Shown here: in pieces, positions 21,820 through 35,206 of the stretch | How the letters are laid out: each line of letters begins with the position of its first letter | How positions within the stretch are numbered: the first letter of the stretch is position 1 | Source: Antedon mediterranea | Taxonomy: Eukaryota > Animalia > Echinodermata | DNA length: 64,000 nucleotides | Assembly (NCBI RefSeq): GCF_964355755.1 | Contig: NC_092674.1 | Location: 21,514,001-21,578,000 of the forward strand | Direction: 5' to 3' | Program-made: the position numbers and the translations under genes | The notes under the pieces: model-generated | Database searches by the model: none | What the model was told of the DNA's origin: nothing | What the model saw: the letters and a program-made list of their open reading frames with translations, nothing else

Positions 21820-24800
21820 TAGTCCAGTAAAATATCACCTTCACCATTACATAACGTTAGTAGTCAACGAGATTCTCACCGTAGGTTCTAAACATTGTGT
21901 AAAGATCATTTATTGATGTTGCGTCGCGTAAAAGTTGGGATTTGTGGAGAAAATGAAGTTTTTATACGCAGTTTTTGCTTCCTTTCGTCGTCGTTTGTTT
22001 TCATCGAAAAATGACGTCATGAGGCAAAAGTGAATGACACGCCATTGTCGACATTTGCGTTCGTATTAAAAAGTGAATTTTAAATGTACGAATATCGTAT
22101 TAATTATCTGTATTACATTGTATTATTATGTATCACATATATAACAAGTCATTTTGATAAAAAATAAGTCAAATAAATATGAAAAACAAAAGAAAATTGT
22201 GATTTTTGCATTTCATCTGAAATGACCTTCCATACAATGTGATAGCGCCCTCTATAAGTATTGATACACTCGCACTTCAAACTGCAAGCTTTTTGTTGTT
22301 ATATTCATTCATTCAGAAATACAATTTAAGGAAGAATTGAATGTGTTGTACATCAAAGGGCATTGTTACTTGTTTACTATTATATTTATGATGTTTTCCC
22401 CAAAAATAATTACTAGTATGTACATTGTAACGTGGACGGATACAGACGTGCTCAACACGAGCTATTTTTCGAGCGACGCGATATTTTTGCTGGACAGATA
22501 CGGCATACAGGTAACCTTCCAATATGACTTTTAGTATGGCTTCCTTTATTATCCATGCATCAGTGCTTGTTCTTTTGATTAACAATGTGAAACATTTTCA
22601 ACTTGTTGACCAATTTTTTAACGCAACCGCCGAAGAGAGATACGACATATCAGCCATTTTTACCAGGTGCAAACATTCCAACGCTAACTTTGCGGTCACT
22701 GCAACAAGTGTCATTTTTGTATCGCCTGCCTATATTTACAGTTCCGGAAATTATCAAACAAGGAAGAATACGTCCCACATACACCGGACTCTTGATCTTA
22801 GAGGGAAAGGCTTACTCTTTGCTATCTTGCTTAAATGTGGTGATATTTCTCCAAACCCGGGACCCGGAATCCATCTCAATATGGAGGAAGACTTCAATGT
22901 TTTTAAAGAAAAGGGCCTTCACTTCATTCATCTTAACGTAAGGTCAATACTACCAAAGATGTCTGAACTCCGCCTTCTCGCAATAAAAACCAATGCAGCC
23001 GTTATCTCTATATGTGAAACTATGTTGGATAATACTGTTCCTGATGCGGAGCTCAACATTGAAGGATACAACGTTTTCCGTCGAGATCGAAATCGGTCTG
23101 GAGGAGGTGTTTGTTTTTTTGTTAAGGAAAGACTATCTATACGCGAACGCCGAGACCTGGATTCTGAAAGTATTGAATCAATTTGGATGGAAATTTTGCT
23201 TCCGAGGACGCGTCCTATTGTTTTTGGATCAATTTATCGTCCACCAAGTCAATCATATAAGCTATTTATTGACTCGTTTGAAAATATATTGGCTGCTATT
23301 CGACCAGATGTCGAAGTTATTGTCCTTGGTGACTTCAATATTAATTTGAAAAATGAATCTGCATCAATATACAAAATGTTAGAAACAACTCTTGAAACTT
23401 TTAGCTTTACCCATCTGATAAAGGAACCAACTCGAATTACTAAGTATACATCAACAGTTTTAGATATTATCATATGTAACCATTCGCAAAAAATGTTGCA
23501 ATCGGGTGTCATCCATGTAGGCATTAGTGACCACAGCCTAACGTTTTGTACTCGTAAATCTTTAAAATATAAATTTAACCAACATAAAACTATCAAAATT
23601 CGTTCACTTAAGAACTACGATGTTAATATTTTTAATGAGCAATTAACACAATCTGATTGGTCGCCTGTTCTCGATTCATCAGATGTGGACTTTGCCTGGT
23701 GCTCTTTTAAAAAAATATTTTTGTCTCTTATAAACAGAATGGCTCCTCTCAAACAGGTGCGCCTAAAACAAAAATCTGAAGAGTGGATGACACCGGAAAT
23801 ATTAAGTGCCATAAAAGAAAGAGACTCACTATTAAATAAGTTCAAGAATAACCCAAATAGGCCAGACCTTTACGATGCATTTCGTAAGTTGCGTAATCGC
23901 ATACAAAAGGACATAAAGAAAGCAAAATCTCAATGTTTTTTAAATAAGGTAGAAGTTAACAAAAATAATCCCAATAAACTCTGGAAATGCCTTAAAGATT
24001 TGGGATATAAAAATAAGCCACAAAAGGGTAGCACTATTTCGTTAGATGTTAATGGGAATCTTTGCCATAATGAAAGCGAAGTTTCAAATTATTTCAATAA
24101 ATACTTCGCAAATATTGTTTCCGATTTAATGAAGAAATTGCCTTCTCCCAGTAACCTTTTTAGTGTGGGTTCGAATGCCTTTAAAAATTACTATAATAGC
24201 AAAATCAAACATGTTTCTGGTTTTTCTCTCGAAAAAATTGACGAGAGCCTTATTGAAGAGGAATTGAGAAATCTCAACCCATCTAAAAGTGTAGGCCTTG
24301 ATCAGATTCCTGCAAAATTTCTTAGAGACGGAGCTCCTAATATTAAAATACCAATAACACATATAATTAACCTCTCCATTAAATACGAACGTATTCCCTC
24401 GGATTTTAAACTCGCAAAAGTCACGCCCCTTCATAAAAAGAATTCCAGAACTGAGGCTAACAATTACAGACCTATAAGCATTCTCTCCTCAGTTTCGAAA
24501 ATTCTGGAGAAGGTGGTATATATACAAGTTTCCGATTACCTTGAAAGGAATCAACTTATCTATGATCATCAATCCGGTTTTCATAGATCATTTTCTACCG
24601 ACGCATGTCTTATCCATCTTAGAGATCACCTTAGAGTTCAAATGTCAAATGGTTTATTTACGGGTATGGTTTTACTCGATGTCCAAAAGGCCTTTGACTC
24701 GGTCAATCATGATATTTTGTGTAAAAAACTTAAGTATCTAGGATGCCGGTCTATCGGTTGGTTTCAAGCGTACCTGTCTGGTCGAAATCAGATTGTCGAT

Positions 24801-27800
24801 ATTAAATGTACCAAATCGGACTCTATTGAGATTGGATGTGGAGTCCCCCAGGGTAGCCTTTTGGGTCCTCTCTTGTTTCTTATTTACGTGAATGACCTAC
24901 CATCTAGTATCGAAAGTGATTGTAAAGTTGTTTTGTACGCTGACGATTGTGCAATTTTTTACTCCCATAAAAATCCAATCGCAATCTAATCTAAACTCCA
25001 AAACAATCTCGTATCATGCAATAATTGGCTGATCGACAATCAACTTTCGCTTCATATGGGTAAGACCGAATGCATCCTGTTTGGTTCTAAACGTAGATTA
25101 AGCAAAGTAAACGAATTCTATATTGATTGCTTTGGAACTTTTCTTAATTCACGTTGTCGCAAAATTCTTAGTTTTGCTTTAATCCAACCGATGTTCGATT
25201 ATTCGGTTTGCTCATGGTCTTCTACGGTAAATAAAAATTTAAAATCAAAATTACAAACGACTCAAAACAAAATGGTTCGTTTTATAAAAAAGTTAGGTCC
25301 CCGATCTCATGTTGGTCAATCTCAGCTAAACGACGTTGGTATGTTAAAAGTCCAAGACCGTGTCGAATTTCTTAGAGTCTGTCATGTTTTTAAAATATAT
25401 AATCATTGTTGTCCACCTTATTTATGCAATCGTTTTATTAGAATTTCAGACAGTCATAATTACAATACTAGGGGATGCAATTTTAATTTTAGAATCCCAA
25501 CTATCAAGCCAATGGCACATGTGACCTTTTTTCACAATGCTATTAAAGAATGGAATAATTTACCAATTAACATTAAGGAATCACAAACTGTTTGTTGTTT
25601 TAAAAGTAAAGTTAAAAAGTATCTACAGGAACGTTCACTAGCTCTAGAAACTATTTAATTAGCGCTTCTTCTTTTTTCGATTGTCCTTTTTGCTGTTTTT
25701 TGTAATTTTTTTTATGTTGCTTTGTTTGTCTTTTTGCTGTTCTTTCAAAGGACCTCATTGGAAACAAGTTCGTAGAGGACTTTTATGAGTTATCCTTGGC
25801 ATCCTTGTTTTATTCTGGTATTTTCATATTTGCCAATTTTAATTGTATGTCTGTGATATTTTATGTACTGATGCCGAAATAAATTAAATCAAATCAAAAC
25901 ATTTTGCGAATTGTAGCTGTACCGGTATGAAATTTTAAAAAGCTGTTATACGCGGTCTGTAGCCTAACGATATAATAATAATTATATATATATAATTATT
26001 GTTACTTTTTTCTGATAAATCAGTATGAATATGTTTACTTAGCGCTGCTTTAAGCACCCTATTAAAAAAGAAAAGAAACAAATTGATTTAAGCTAACTTT
26101 TTGTCACGTTTTCGGTAATTTATAAATTGTCTTCTTCGCTCTCACTATCTGATTCGTCACTGTTCTCATCATCCGATTCTGTTGGAAGAATCTCGCTTTC
26201 ACACCACAAAGGCCCCAGCAAATCGTTATCGCCAACGCACCATTCGTTATTGTCTTTTCGGCAACTCGTTAATCGGTGTTAGTGCGAGCTTCCAGATCCT
26301 TACTCGATAGTTCGATCGTGCGTTGCATATGTTGATGCAAGCAAGTGGAAAGTTAGCTAAATCAATGTTTTTTTTAACACTGATTATTCCGTCTTTTTCC
26401 TTGCATTTTCTGCGAAGAAAGTCAAATCTAAGTTCTTCGGTACTCCTTGCTTTCGATCGGAATCCATATAAGACAGCGATGTTTTTTTTATATTGTTACA
26501 TTTTGTTTCGTCCATTAATGCAAAAGTCCTATTCGATACAGGCAGTGGCAGGAATCGACGAATAACCAATCTCACCAGTTTAGCCACTGAAATCACCCCA
26601 AGTCGATGTAATCCCATTCTAGGGCTGCATGCGTTGACAAAGTGCGACACGACCAGCGCGTTCAAGCGAAAAGGAAAATTAAAGGCCATTAAACTTGTCG
26701 AAAAATATCCAAAATTTGAAGAGGTTTTCAAGAAAGTAGGAGAAAGTTGGAAAGTAGAAGAAGAGTTAATGTTGGAACTGGAAGAGTTCACGTGCCTTAG
26801 ATTTTACTTTTTTCGCAGGAAATGCAAGGAAAAAGACGGAATAATCAATGTTAAAAAAAACATTGATTTAGCTAACTTTCCATCGTCGCGTAGATGCTTG
26901 CATCAACATATACGACGCACGATCGAACTATCGAGTCAGGATCTACTCGCACTAACACCGATTTACGAGTTGCCGAAACCCCAAGACAATAACGGATGGT
27001 GCGTTGGTGATAACGATTTGCTAGGGCCTTTGTGGTGTGAAAGCGAGATTCTTCCAACAGAATTGATCGAGCGATTGCTGAGAACGACTCCTTTAACTCG
27101 GATGATGAGAACAGTGACGAATCAGATAGTGAGAGCGAAGAAGACAATTAATTACCAAAAACGTGACAAAAAATAGGCTTACATCAATTTGTTTCTTTTC
27201 TTTTTTTAATAGGGTGCTTACAGCAGGGCTAGGTAAATATAATTATTATTATTATTACTATATCGTTAGGCTACAGACCGCGCAAACAGCTTTTTAAAAT
27301 TTCATACCGGTATATCTACAATTCGCAAAATGTACATACTAGTAATTATTTTTGGGGAAAACATCATAAATATATAGTAAACAAGTAACAATGCCCTTTG
27401 ATGTACAACACATTCGATTCCTTCCTTAAATTGTATTTCTGAATGAATGAATATAACAACAAAAAGCTTGCAGTTTGAAGTGCGAGTGTATCAATACTTA
27501 TAGAGGGCGCTATCACATTGTATGGAAGGTCATTTCAGATGACATGCAAAAATCACAATTTTCTTTTGTTTTTCATATTTATTTGACTTATATTTTATCA
27601 AAATGACTTTTTATATATGTGATACAATACAATGTAATACAGATAATTAATACGATATTCGTACATTTAAAATTCACTTTTTAATACGAACGCAAATGTC
27701 GACAATGGCGTGTCATTCACTTTTGCCTCATGACGTCATTTTTCGATGAAAACAAACGACGACGAAAGGAAGCAAAAACTGCGTATAAATACTTCATTTT

Positions 27801-27933
27801 CTCCGCAAATCCCAACTTTTACGCGACGCAACATCAATAAATGATGATCTTTACATAATGTTTAGAACCTACGGTGAGAATCTCGTTGACTACTAACGTT
27901 ATGCAATGGTGAAGGTGATATTTTACTGGACTA
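21820..27933 (+). mobile_element. Academ DNA transposon derivative with ~1.1-kb inverted arms
   Basis: TAG...CTA termini, ACA 3-bp target duplication, long TIRs; ORF 26493-27176 'LHALT.CDTTSAF..KGK' (XPG-like domain of Academ transposases). Confidence 0.85.
22427..25898 (+). mobile_element. Near full-length single-ORF CR1/L2-group LINE (APE + RT) inserted in the Academ left arm
   Basis: ORF 22524-24989 with APE (GDFN, SDH) and RT (PQGS.LGP, YADD), continuation 25056-25658; (AAATC)n tail; ACATT duplication. Confidence 0.92.
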
Positions 27934-27936
27934 ACA

Positions 27937-30510
27937 GGTATTGGAAGCAGTTCCTCGAAATAATACTTGCTGCGATCTACCCTTCAAAAACAAACCATTG
28001 TAACACTGAACCTCGTAATCCATAGTCATGTAGCTTTTTAAGTAAAATAGGATGACTTATGCGATGGAAAGCTTTGTTCCAATAAAAAAAAATTACATCA
28101 GTTGGAGGAGGGGTTCTCTCATCTAAAACCTTAGCCCTGTAATAGTAAGTGGTGCTAAGTATCGTTTGACTAGACCTTCCAGCTACAAAACCATGTTGAC
28201 AGGTTGAAAATAGTTTGTGAGAACTTAAATGATCGAACAAGTGTCTACTGACCACTCTTTCTAATAACTTGCCAACTGTTGAACAAAGGGAAACCGGTCT
28301 ATAATTGGTGATATCATTGGTTGCACCAGCCTTGTAAATAGGAATTACATTTGCCATTTTCCATTCGGAGGGAAAAACACCTGTGGAGAGTGACACATTA
28401 AATATTTTGGCCTTGGGTTCACAGATGTATGCTAACTTAAGCATTTTAGATGTGATGCCATCTGGGCCAGGTGCTTTACCTTTTTGTAATTTGTTAATAA
28501 GTCTAAGAATTTCAGCTGGTGTCGTTTGAATATTAGAAAGAGGACGTAGGCCATTGAGATTACTACAATCAATAATATCAACATCAATAAGGTTACACAG
28601 TCTTGGGTAAAATTTGTTTCAAAATAATCACTAAATGATTGAGAGATTAAAACAGGATTCCTAACTAATACATTATTTATTTTAAAGTTTTGAGCACTTA
28701 GTTTTGCTCTTGATTTGCGTACAAATGACCAAAAAGCCTTACCGCTATTATCAGATTTCAGAGCCAAGTTTCTAACATAATAGTGGTAGGATTTATTTAT
28801 ACATGACTTTAAATTGTTTCGACAACGTTTATAAAGTGACTAGTTATGTGGATCATGCAAAGATTTTGCTTTTTTATACAGACGGTTCTTCTTTCTAGAA
28901 AGTTTGATTATTTCCTCAGTAATCCATGGTTGTTTAGGCTTTCTCTTAGCTTTGCCCTTAGGAACAAGCGAATAGATCGTTTGGAGAAACTGACATTTAA
29001 ACTTTTCCCATGTTAAATTTTTATCATCAGAAAGGCAACAAAGTTCCCAGTTGATTTCCGAAAACGTTTTTATAAAATTTGCCACATCTATCTAGGAATA
29101 CTGAAGGAAATGACCAGCAGGAAGAGCATTATTTGGAAATTTAAAGTTAAAATTAATAAATATACCATCATGGTCACTACCCGCAATACCTGGGTGAGGT
29201 GATATTGAGTCAATGATATCAGATTCGTTAACATATACATGATCAATTATGGTACCATCATTACTTGTTTCATTATGTCCTCTGGTTATAAAAGGGACAA
29301 CTTGAGTAAAATTAAAAATATCAAAAATTGAAGTAAGTTTCTTAAGTAAATTACATGAGTTAAAATAATTGTTTGTATATTTGATATTAAAATCACCAAC
29401 AACTATTACGCTGTAATGCAGATGCACATCAGCAAGTACAGCATCCATACACTTTTCGAGTTTATCAAAAAATGTCTTGTCAGAGCTTGGGGGTCCGTAT
29501 AAGCAGCCTGTTAAAATCTTGCCTTTTTTTTTGTATATACGATTGACCATACTACATCAATTCCATTAATATTGTATTGATGTGCTGGAACTGGATGCAG
29601 ATAGTTGTGAGCGGCGATAAGAACTCCACCTCCATGACGATTTCTATTACTGCGAAATATAGCATATTGAACTGGTACCGGTTCAGAATCCAAAATAGTG
29701 CTGTCTAGCCAAGTTTCGGTTATAAACATTAAGCTAGGAGCTTCATTGGCTATTGTAACTTGAAGTTTGCTTAGTTTATTTACAACACTACGGGCGTTAA
29801 AATTTAACATGCTGGATCTCAATCCAATTTTGCTATTGTCACCGTTTAAAACAGGACCGGGATTAGGGTGAACATTCCCAGACATTTCTATATTATCAAA
29901 TGTAGCGGTATGGTTTCTGTAATATAATGTTGGAGCCGAGGATTTAAAATATTCCTTCCTGTTTAGACATCTACGTTGGCCTAGCCTGGAAATATTAAAA
30001 GTCAACTGCTTACCGTGGTCATCTTGCATGTCATTATCATCGCCATACTTGTAGTAGTATACACATACCAACCATAGCAGCCATAGCGTACACAAGAAGT
30101 TATTGAAACCAAACATCGTTGTATATTGCAACAAATAACAGATCAGTAAGAGCACATAACCTCAAACTGACAGATTTATCCAAATCGAAAGTACAATAAG
30201 GTTAAAAGTACAGCAAAAAGTTAAAAACGGTTAAAAACAGCAAACTACAGGTACAACAGCAAAATATAGTTAGAATCTGCAAGCACTTGTATATGCAATG
30301 TGTTAAACTCTGTATTAAAAACTGTGGTATATAATCTAAATCAAACGTAAAACAAATCCAACTAATTGTTAGGCTCAAGGTGTGCCCGTGAGAGACATGC
30401 ACTAAAGCTAGTCAAACCCCTTTAGACCGGGGTGGCGTGTCAAATGCTCTATTTGAAAAGGCCGGGCTAGCGGGCATCAATGTAACCCGTCCTCACTTCA
30501 CCAAGGCAGA
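27937..30510 (-). mobile_element. CR1-group LINE 5' part (hydrophobic leader, NPGP, APE, RT start), frameshifted
   Basis: ORFs 29511-30155, 29092-29550, 28840-29085, 27977-28444 with NARS, TETWL, GDFN, SDH, NYRPVSL. Confidence 0.85.
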
Positions 30511-30579
30511 TATCAAGAACTTGACTTGTTCTATGCGCAAATTCTGAAGATAACTTGACTTCTGTTCTAAGCGCTACTA

Positions 30580-32200
30580 ACTCATTTCTATCACCCCTGC
30601 CACTAAGGTAGAGAGTGACTTAAACTTATATGTATAATATAATAATGGTGGAAACCATGATGATCTTAGTACTGAGAGTTGTTTAAGACTTCAACATTCT
30701 GAGGTCCTTGCTAATTTGGATGCTAAGTTCGTTCATTTAACAGATGCTGAAAGGACAGAACTAATTGGTGCTTCTTGAACATGACAGTTCATTTCCTGAT
30801 TTACCTGTACAAATCAATGATATTGACGATGCTAAGCTGCTTAAAAACATCCTTAACACCTCAATCTAATACAGCATAACTATCTAAAACAAGAGATTGA
30901 GTTATGCTCCAAAACGATGTTATTGAAGTTCTAGTCAGTGGAGTTCACTATGTGTGCTGGTTCTAAAGCCTGATGGTTTTTATCGACTATGTACTTTCGT
31001 AAGGTGAATGCAGTTACAAAGGCGGATTCATACCCATTGCCACGCATTGATGATTGTCTCGACAAATTGGGCAAAGCTCAATGTGTAAGCAAATTTGATC
31101 TGCTCAAAGGATATTGGCAAGTTCCTCTCATCGAACGTGTGAAGGAGATATCAGTCTTTGTCACCAATGACGGACTCCACCAATACAAGTGAGTGCCGTT
31201 TGGAATGCGGAATGCACCAGCCACATTTCAACGACTCCTGCATAGTGTGATTGCAGACATCAATGGCTGCGAGGGCTACATAGACAATGTTATTGTCTAC
31301 AGTGATACTTGGCAAGACCATGTTGAGACCAATTTTCAAGAAACATTAAAAAACAAACAATTTACAAATGTGAATTCAGCAAAGGAACTGTGAACTTGAT
31401 ATTATAACGTTGTACGCATGTGTTTTTGAAGAATGAAATATATTTCTGAGATTTTAAATACAATTTTTACATTTTAATGTATATAAACAGTTTGTATGCA
31501 AACTTTTCTTTAAGGAGGGGTGTGTTAGGAGATACATTTATACTATTATATCTTTATTATCACTTTACCATAGTATTATACTATGTTATGTATATATATT
31601 ATATTAGATGTAGACTAAACTATAGTTCGGTAACCAGGTTGTTAGTAATTGTACCTAGGAGACTGCTCATAACTCAAGTTGTCCCAGATACTTGTTTGAT
31701 ATTCCATATAAGGAAATTGTTACAACAATTTCATTCTAAAGATGATGATGTCATTTGAATTTCAGCTTATACCCAATTTCATCATCTTTAAGTTATTTGA
31801 TGAGATCATTATAATCACCCCATATATTCTGCATAAGAATATAAATAGTGGTAGATTAACCATATAATCAGTTCTAATACGAATACTGACATAGCTAAAC
31901 TAAATGCTGTTAAAGTCTATTGGAAGTATTTAGAAGTCTGTTTGACTGTTTTGAACAACTGAAGTAAAGCTTTATATTAGCCTTGGGCTCAGCTATATTT
32001 GTAAGTCTTGAATTGCTTTATGTATTTTGATTGTGTGTTACCACCATCTTATACTTTGATAATTATTTTATATTATTAATTAATCTTTATCTTTATAATC
32101 ATTTTAATTGATTTTGTTATATTTTGCTTTTCTGTTTGAAGAATAAAACGTAGATTAGGTTATATAACTTATACTTTGTATTGCCTATCTTCTGTTTGTG
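30580..32200 (+). mobile_element. Second Gmr1-type Gypsy, 3' part (RT fragment, PPT, 3' LTR from ~31523)
   Basis: 'DSYPLPRIDD..SKFDLLKGYWQVPL..MPFGMRNAPATFQRL'; AAGGAGGGGTG then TGTTAGG. Confidence 0.8.
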
Positions 32201-32704
32201 CCTTGCATGTAAAATATGCTAAAATGATTATGTTAAAAATGATGCTAAAATATGAATTGTGTTAAGAAATGAATATGCTAGAATATGAAGTGTTAAGAAA
32301 TGTATAGTAAATGATTATGTTTATGAAATGAATGTGCTAGAATAATGATTATGTTAAGAAATGAATAATATACCAAAATATGAATTGTGTATGCTAAAAG
32401 GATTATGTTAAGAAATTAATATGTTTAAGGAAATTAATAGGCTAAGAAATGAATAGGCTAAGTGAATATGTTAAGAACTTAATAATAATAAGATTAAAAA
32501 AAAAATAAATAAAAATAAGAACGAGAAGTGCTCGTGGAGTGCTCATGAAGTACTCGGGGAATGTTGGAAAAGATGCGAAGTTTTGATTTTTTTAAGGGCT
32601 ATTAGTTTAGACTAAATATAACCCAAAAATGTATTGTAGATGAAGTATTCAATATATTTAAGAAAAATAAAAGAAATTGAATTGATAGATATTTAGTTAG
32701 TATT

Positions 32705-32960
32705 TTCACGGAAGTTAGGCAACATTGTGGCCGGTTAGAGCTTGGTTGGGAGACCATCTGGGAATACAAGGTGCTGTTTATAGAGCTGGGGTGCCATTAG
32801 GCATTTGAAATCGGCACTGCTGACTCTCATGGCAGCCCTTGAATAGTATCTGCCTCAGACGTATTGGCTTATGCTTCTCCTCTGGCTAATGTGGGCACTG
32901 GACGAGAGAAGCCCTTGGTCAATGTTGGGACCAGACAAAGGGGGTTTAAACAGTCCGGGC
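32705..32960 (+). mobile_element. 5S rRNA-derived SINE (SINE3-like), 5'-truncated
   Basis: GAAGTTAGGCAA..GGCCGGTTAGAGCTTGGTTGGGAGACCATCTGGGAATAC..GGTGCTGT resembles the 3' half of eukaryotic 5S rRNA, followed by a non-5S body. Confidence 0.7.
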
Positions 32961-33067
32961 TTAGTTATAATTCAGATGAATGTAAGACAGACTAGGAGGT
33001 ATTGTCTCCTTTTCATATAGGTTACGTGTCACTGTTGACAAAGTAATGTGATGTATTCCAAATTTAC

Positions 33068-33253
33068 CTGCAACTGGGCATTTACTAGGATCACTGACAC
33101 ACACAGTATGTTTTCCGTTTTCACACTTATGAGCACCAGCTACGCAAGCATCGCACTGGCTAGTTTCCCCATCATAATGACAGACGCCTGTCTGAGATTC
33201 GGTCCATTTGCTGTACCTCATCACAGCTTCTTTTGCATATCTTAATACTGTTT
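33068..33253 (-). CDS. Host gene exon 14 (six-Cys module)
   Basis: AG/GT, phase 1-1, open. Confidence 0.8.
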
Positions 33254-33506
33254 CTGAAGAAAAGAAGTACTATAATAATGAACAGCCTTACTTATTTAGC
33301 TAAAACCCTTTTTATAATAGAAAATACAAATTATTTGTGTGCTTCTTCATTACCAAATTACAGTTACAAATTATTATCGGTTAATTTTTCTGGCGCGCGG
33401 AATCAGTTAAACTTGTTTTCACATGAACTTTATCGGTTAATTATTGGTTAATTTATATCGGTTATTTTTTTGGCTGCGGAAAAATGGTCTTGTGGATTCA
33501 GCGTAC

Positions 33507-33729
33507 CGTATTCAAAATCTAACATGTGATACTCGCAGATAGCTGGCAGGATAGCGGTGCAGTCCATTATGTCCCAGTCACCAAGATCAGTACTGACATC
33601 CCTGGTATCATAGACATCTACAAAAGATGCAGCTCCGCAGTCTTCAGTTGCACTTGTTCCAGGTCTGTTTGGTAGCCATTTTGTAAAAGACGCTGATGAC
33701 CCGTTTGTCCACTTGAAAATATCAGTACC
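33507..33729 (-). CDS. Host gene exon 13 (C-type lectin C-half)
   Basis: FKWTNGS...W.PNRP....EDC....W...DC.....ICE. Confidence 0.9.
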
Positions 33730-33896
33730 CTAGAACATATACATTGTCATAATTGAAAATTCTTAATAAACGACATGTCATTTGATTAATTATAGACTTG
33801 CCATATCGAAGTTAACTCCTCTTTCTCGTGTAGTTAGCATGGTTAATTCATTACGGGGGATTTACGAGTGACGTTGGATCTCAGAGCCATACTAAC

Positions 33897-34108
33897 CTCA
33901 ACGTCTTTTAGCCCAATCCAGTATTTGTATGGCGACAGTGCTGGAACGAGGCCTCTTAGAAATTGCTGTTCAAACGTATCTTTGATCTTGACTAACTGTG
34001 CGTTGTCTGCTTCACAGGCCGCCTTTGCTGCATCCCAAGTTTCTAGCGTGTTGTTGAACACTCGGTAACATGTTTCTTTGTAAGGTGTGTAACCAGACCG
34101 ACATAAAT
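33897..34108 (-). CDS. Host gene exon 12 (C-type lectin N-half)
   Basis: C.SGY..Y..TCY...TWDAA..AC....A.LV.I....EQ.FL...YWIGL. Confidence 0.9.
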
Positions 34109-34475
34109 CTACAAGTACAGTGTAAGAGTTATAGAGTAATTACAATCAGCCGATCATGTTTGTAAGAATCATAGAGACAGTCTTTATTAGGTAAGGTAAT
34201 ATATCAGTAAAGTTGGTTTTGTTGAAGAAGTCATCGTTATATTACAATCATAATAAACAAAACAGACTTCAGATTTGATAAGAATGGTTTAATGTAGTGA
34301 AAAACACATTGTCAATTTTTTGGTCGCCTTGTGGACAAAAACATCAGGTAAAATACCACACATGTAATCCCCAAACCTGGCGAGATGGACCTATATTTAT
34401 TTCAAAATGATTCGAATTAGGAAAACCATGTATGTCTTCTTAAAAAATTAAACTAACCCACTAACGTACACTTAC

Positions 34476-34677
34476 CACCACCAACAACTGGTCTGTCCGA
34501 ATACTTAAATTGAAAATATTTTGTGGAACCAAGAACTTTAGCGCTATTAACATTCGAGAACCACAGCAAATCAGCCACGCCAACAAAGCGATGAGTACCC
34601 GGAGCACTTTTTCCGTTTTTGTCGATTCCTAGGCGTACACGAAAAGTTGGTTTTGCAGCAATCTGAATGGTTCCAAG
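34476..34677 (-). CDS. Host gene exon 11
   Basis: ttttacag|..|gtaagt, phase 0-1. Confidence 0.8.
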
Positions 34678-34959
34678 CTGTAAAATACATAAACAAACCT
34701 AAAATGTTGTCCTTTACGCCTGTCTTTGACTTCATTTAGAAAACCTCTTTCCACTTATATCATACTGTAAGTCAATTAAAACTTTACCAGACAAAGACAA
34801 TGCACCACCCAGTGAAATAAGTAATACTTGTAAACCGTTTCAATGTAACAAATCTGCACTCAGCCACCAAGATCGAATTTTTCATCCTGATGCAGATAGA
34901 CGCTACACTCGACCAATACGTATGAATTTATTCGAACATTTTACTGAATGTAACTACAC

Positions 34960-35206
34960 CGACCATTCACTTATTTCATAATCTTTCAAATGTATCAGCG
35001 ATGTTGGTAAACTTACATTAAATCGAACAGGGGTTGGTCCAGACATGCTGGGGTTTACCGCTGGTGGCTGGAACAGCTCTGTGTATTCTAATTCAAGGCT
35101 TATATATCGCACATTTTTTGACGTCATTATTGTGAAAGTTACATCTACTGCTTTTCCCGTTGAATCGTCATCGTGCCAAATAGTAATCAGTAGTATTACA
35201 TCATCA
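34960..35206 (-). CDS. Host gene exon 10
   Basis: AG/GT, phase 2-0, beta-rich. Confidence 0.75.

Noticed and set aside
32705-32780. Functional 5S rRNA gene
   Set aside because: 5' half missing, diverged, and no terminator; treated as a SINE head.
33068-33253. Frameshift in host exon 14 (an alternative frame reads NSIKICKRSCDE)
   Set aside because: The exon is 186 nt and open in phase 1-1; an old compensated double frameshift cannot be shown without homologues.
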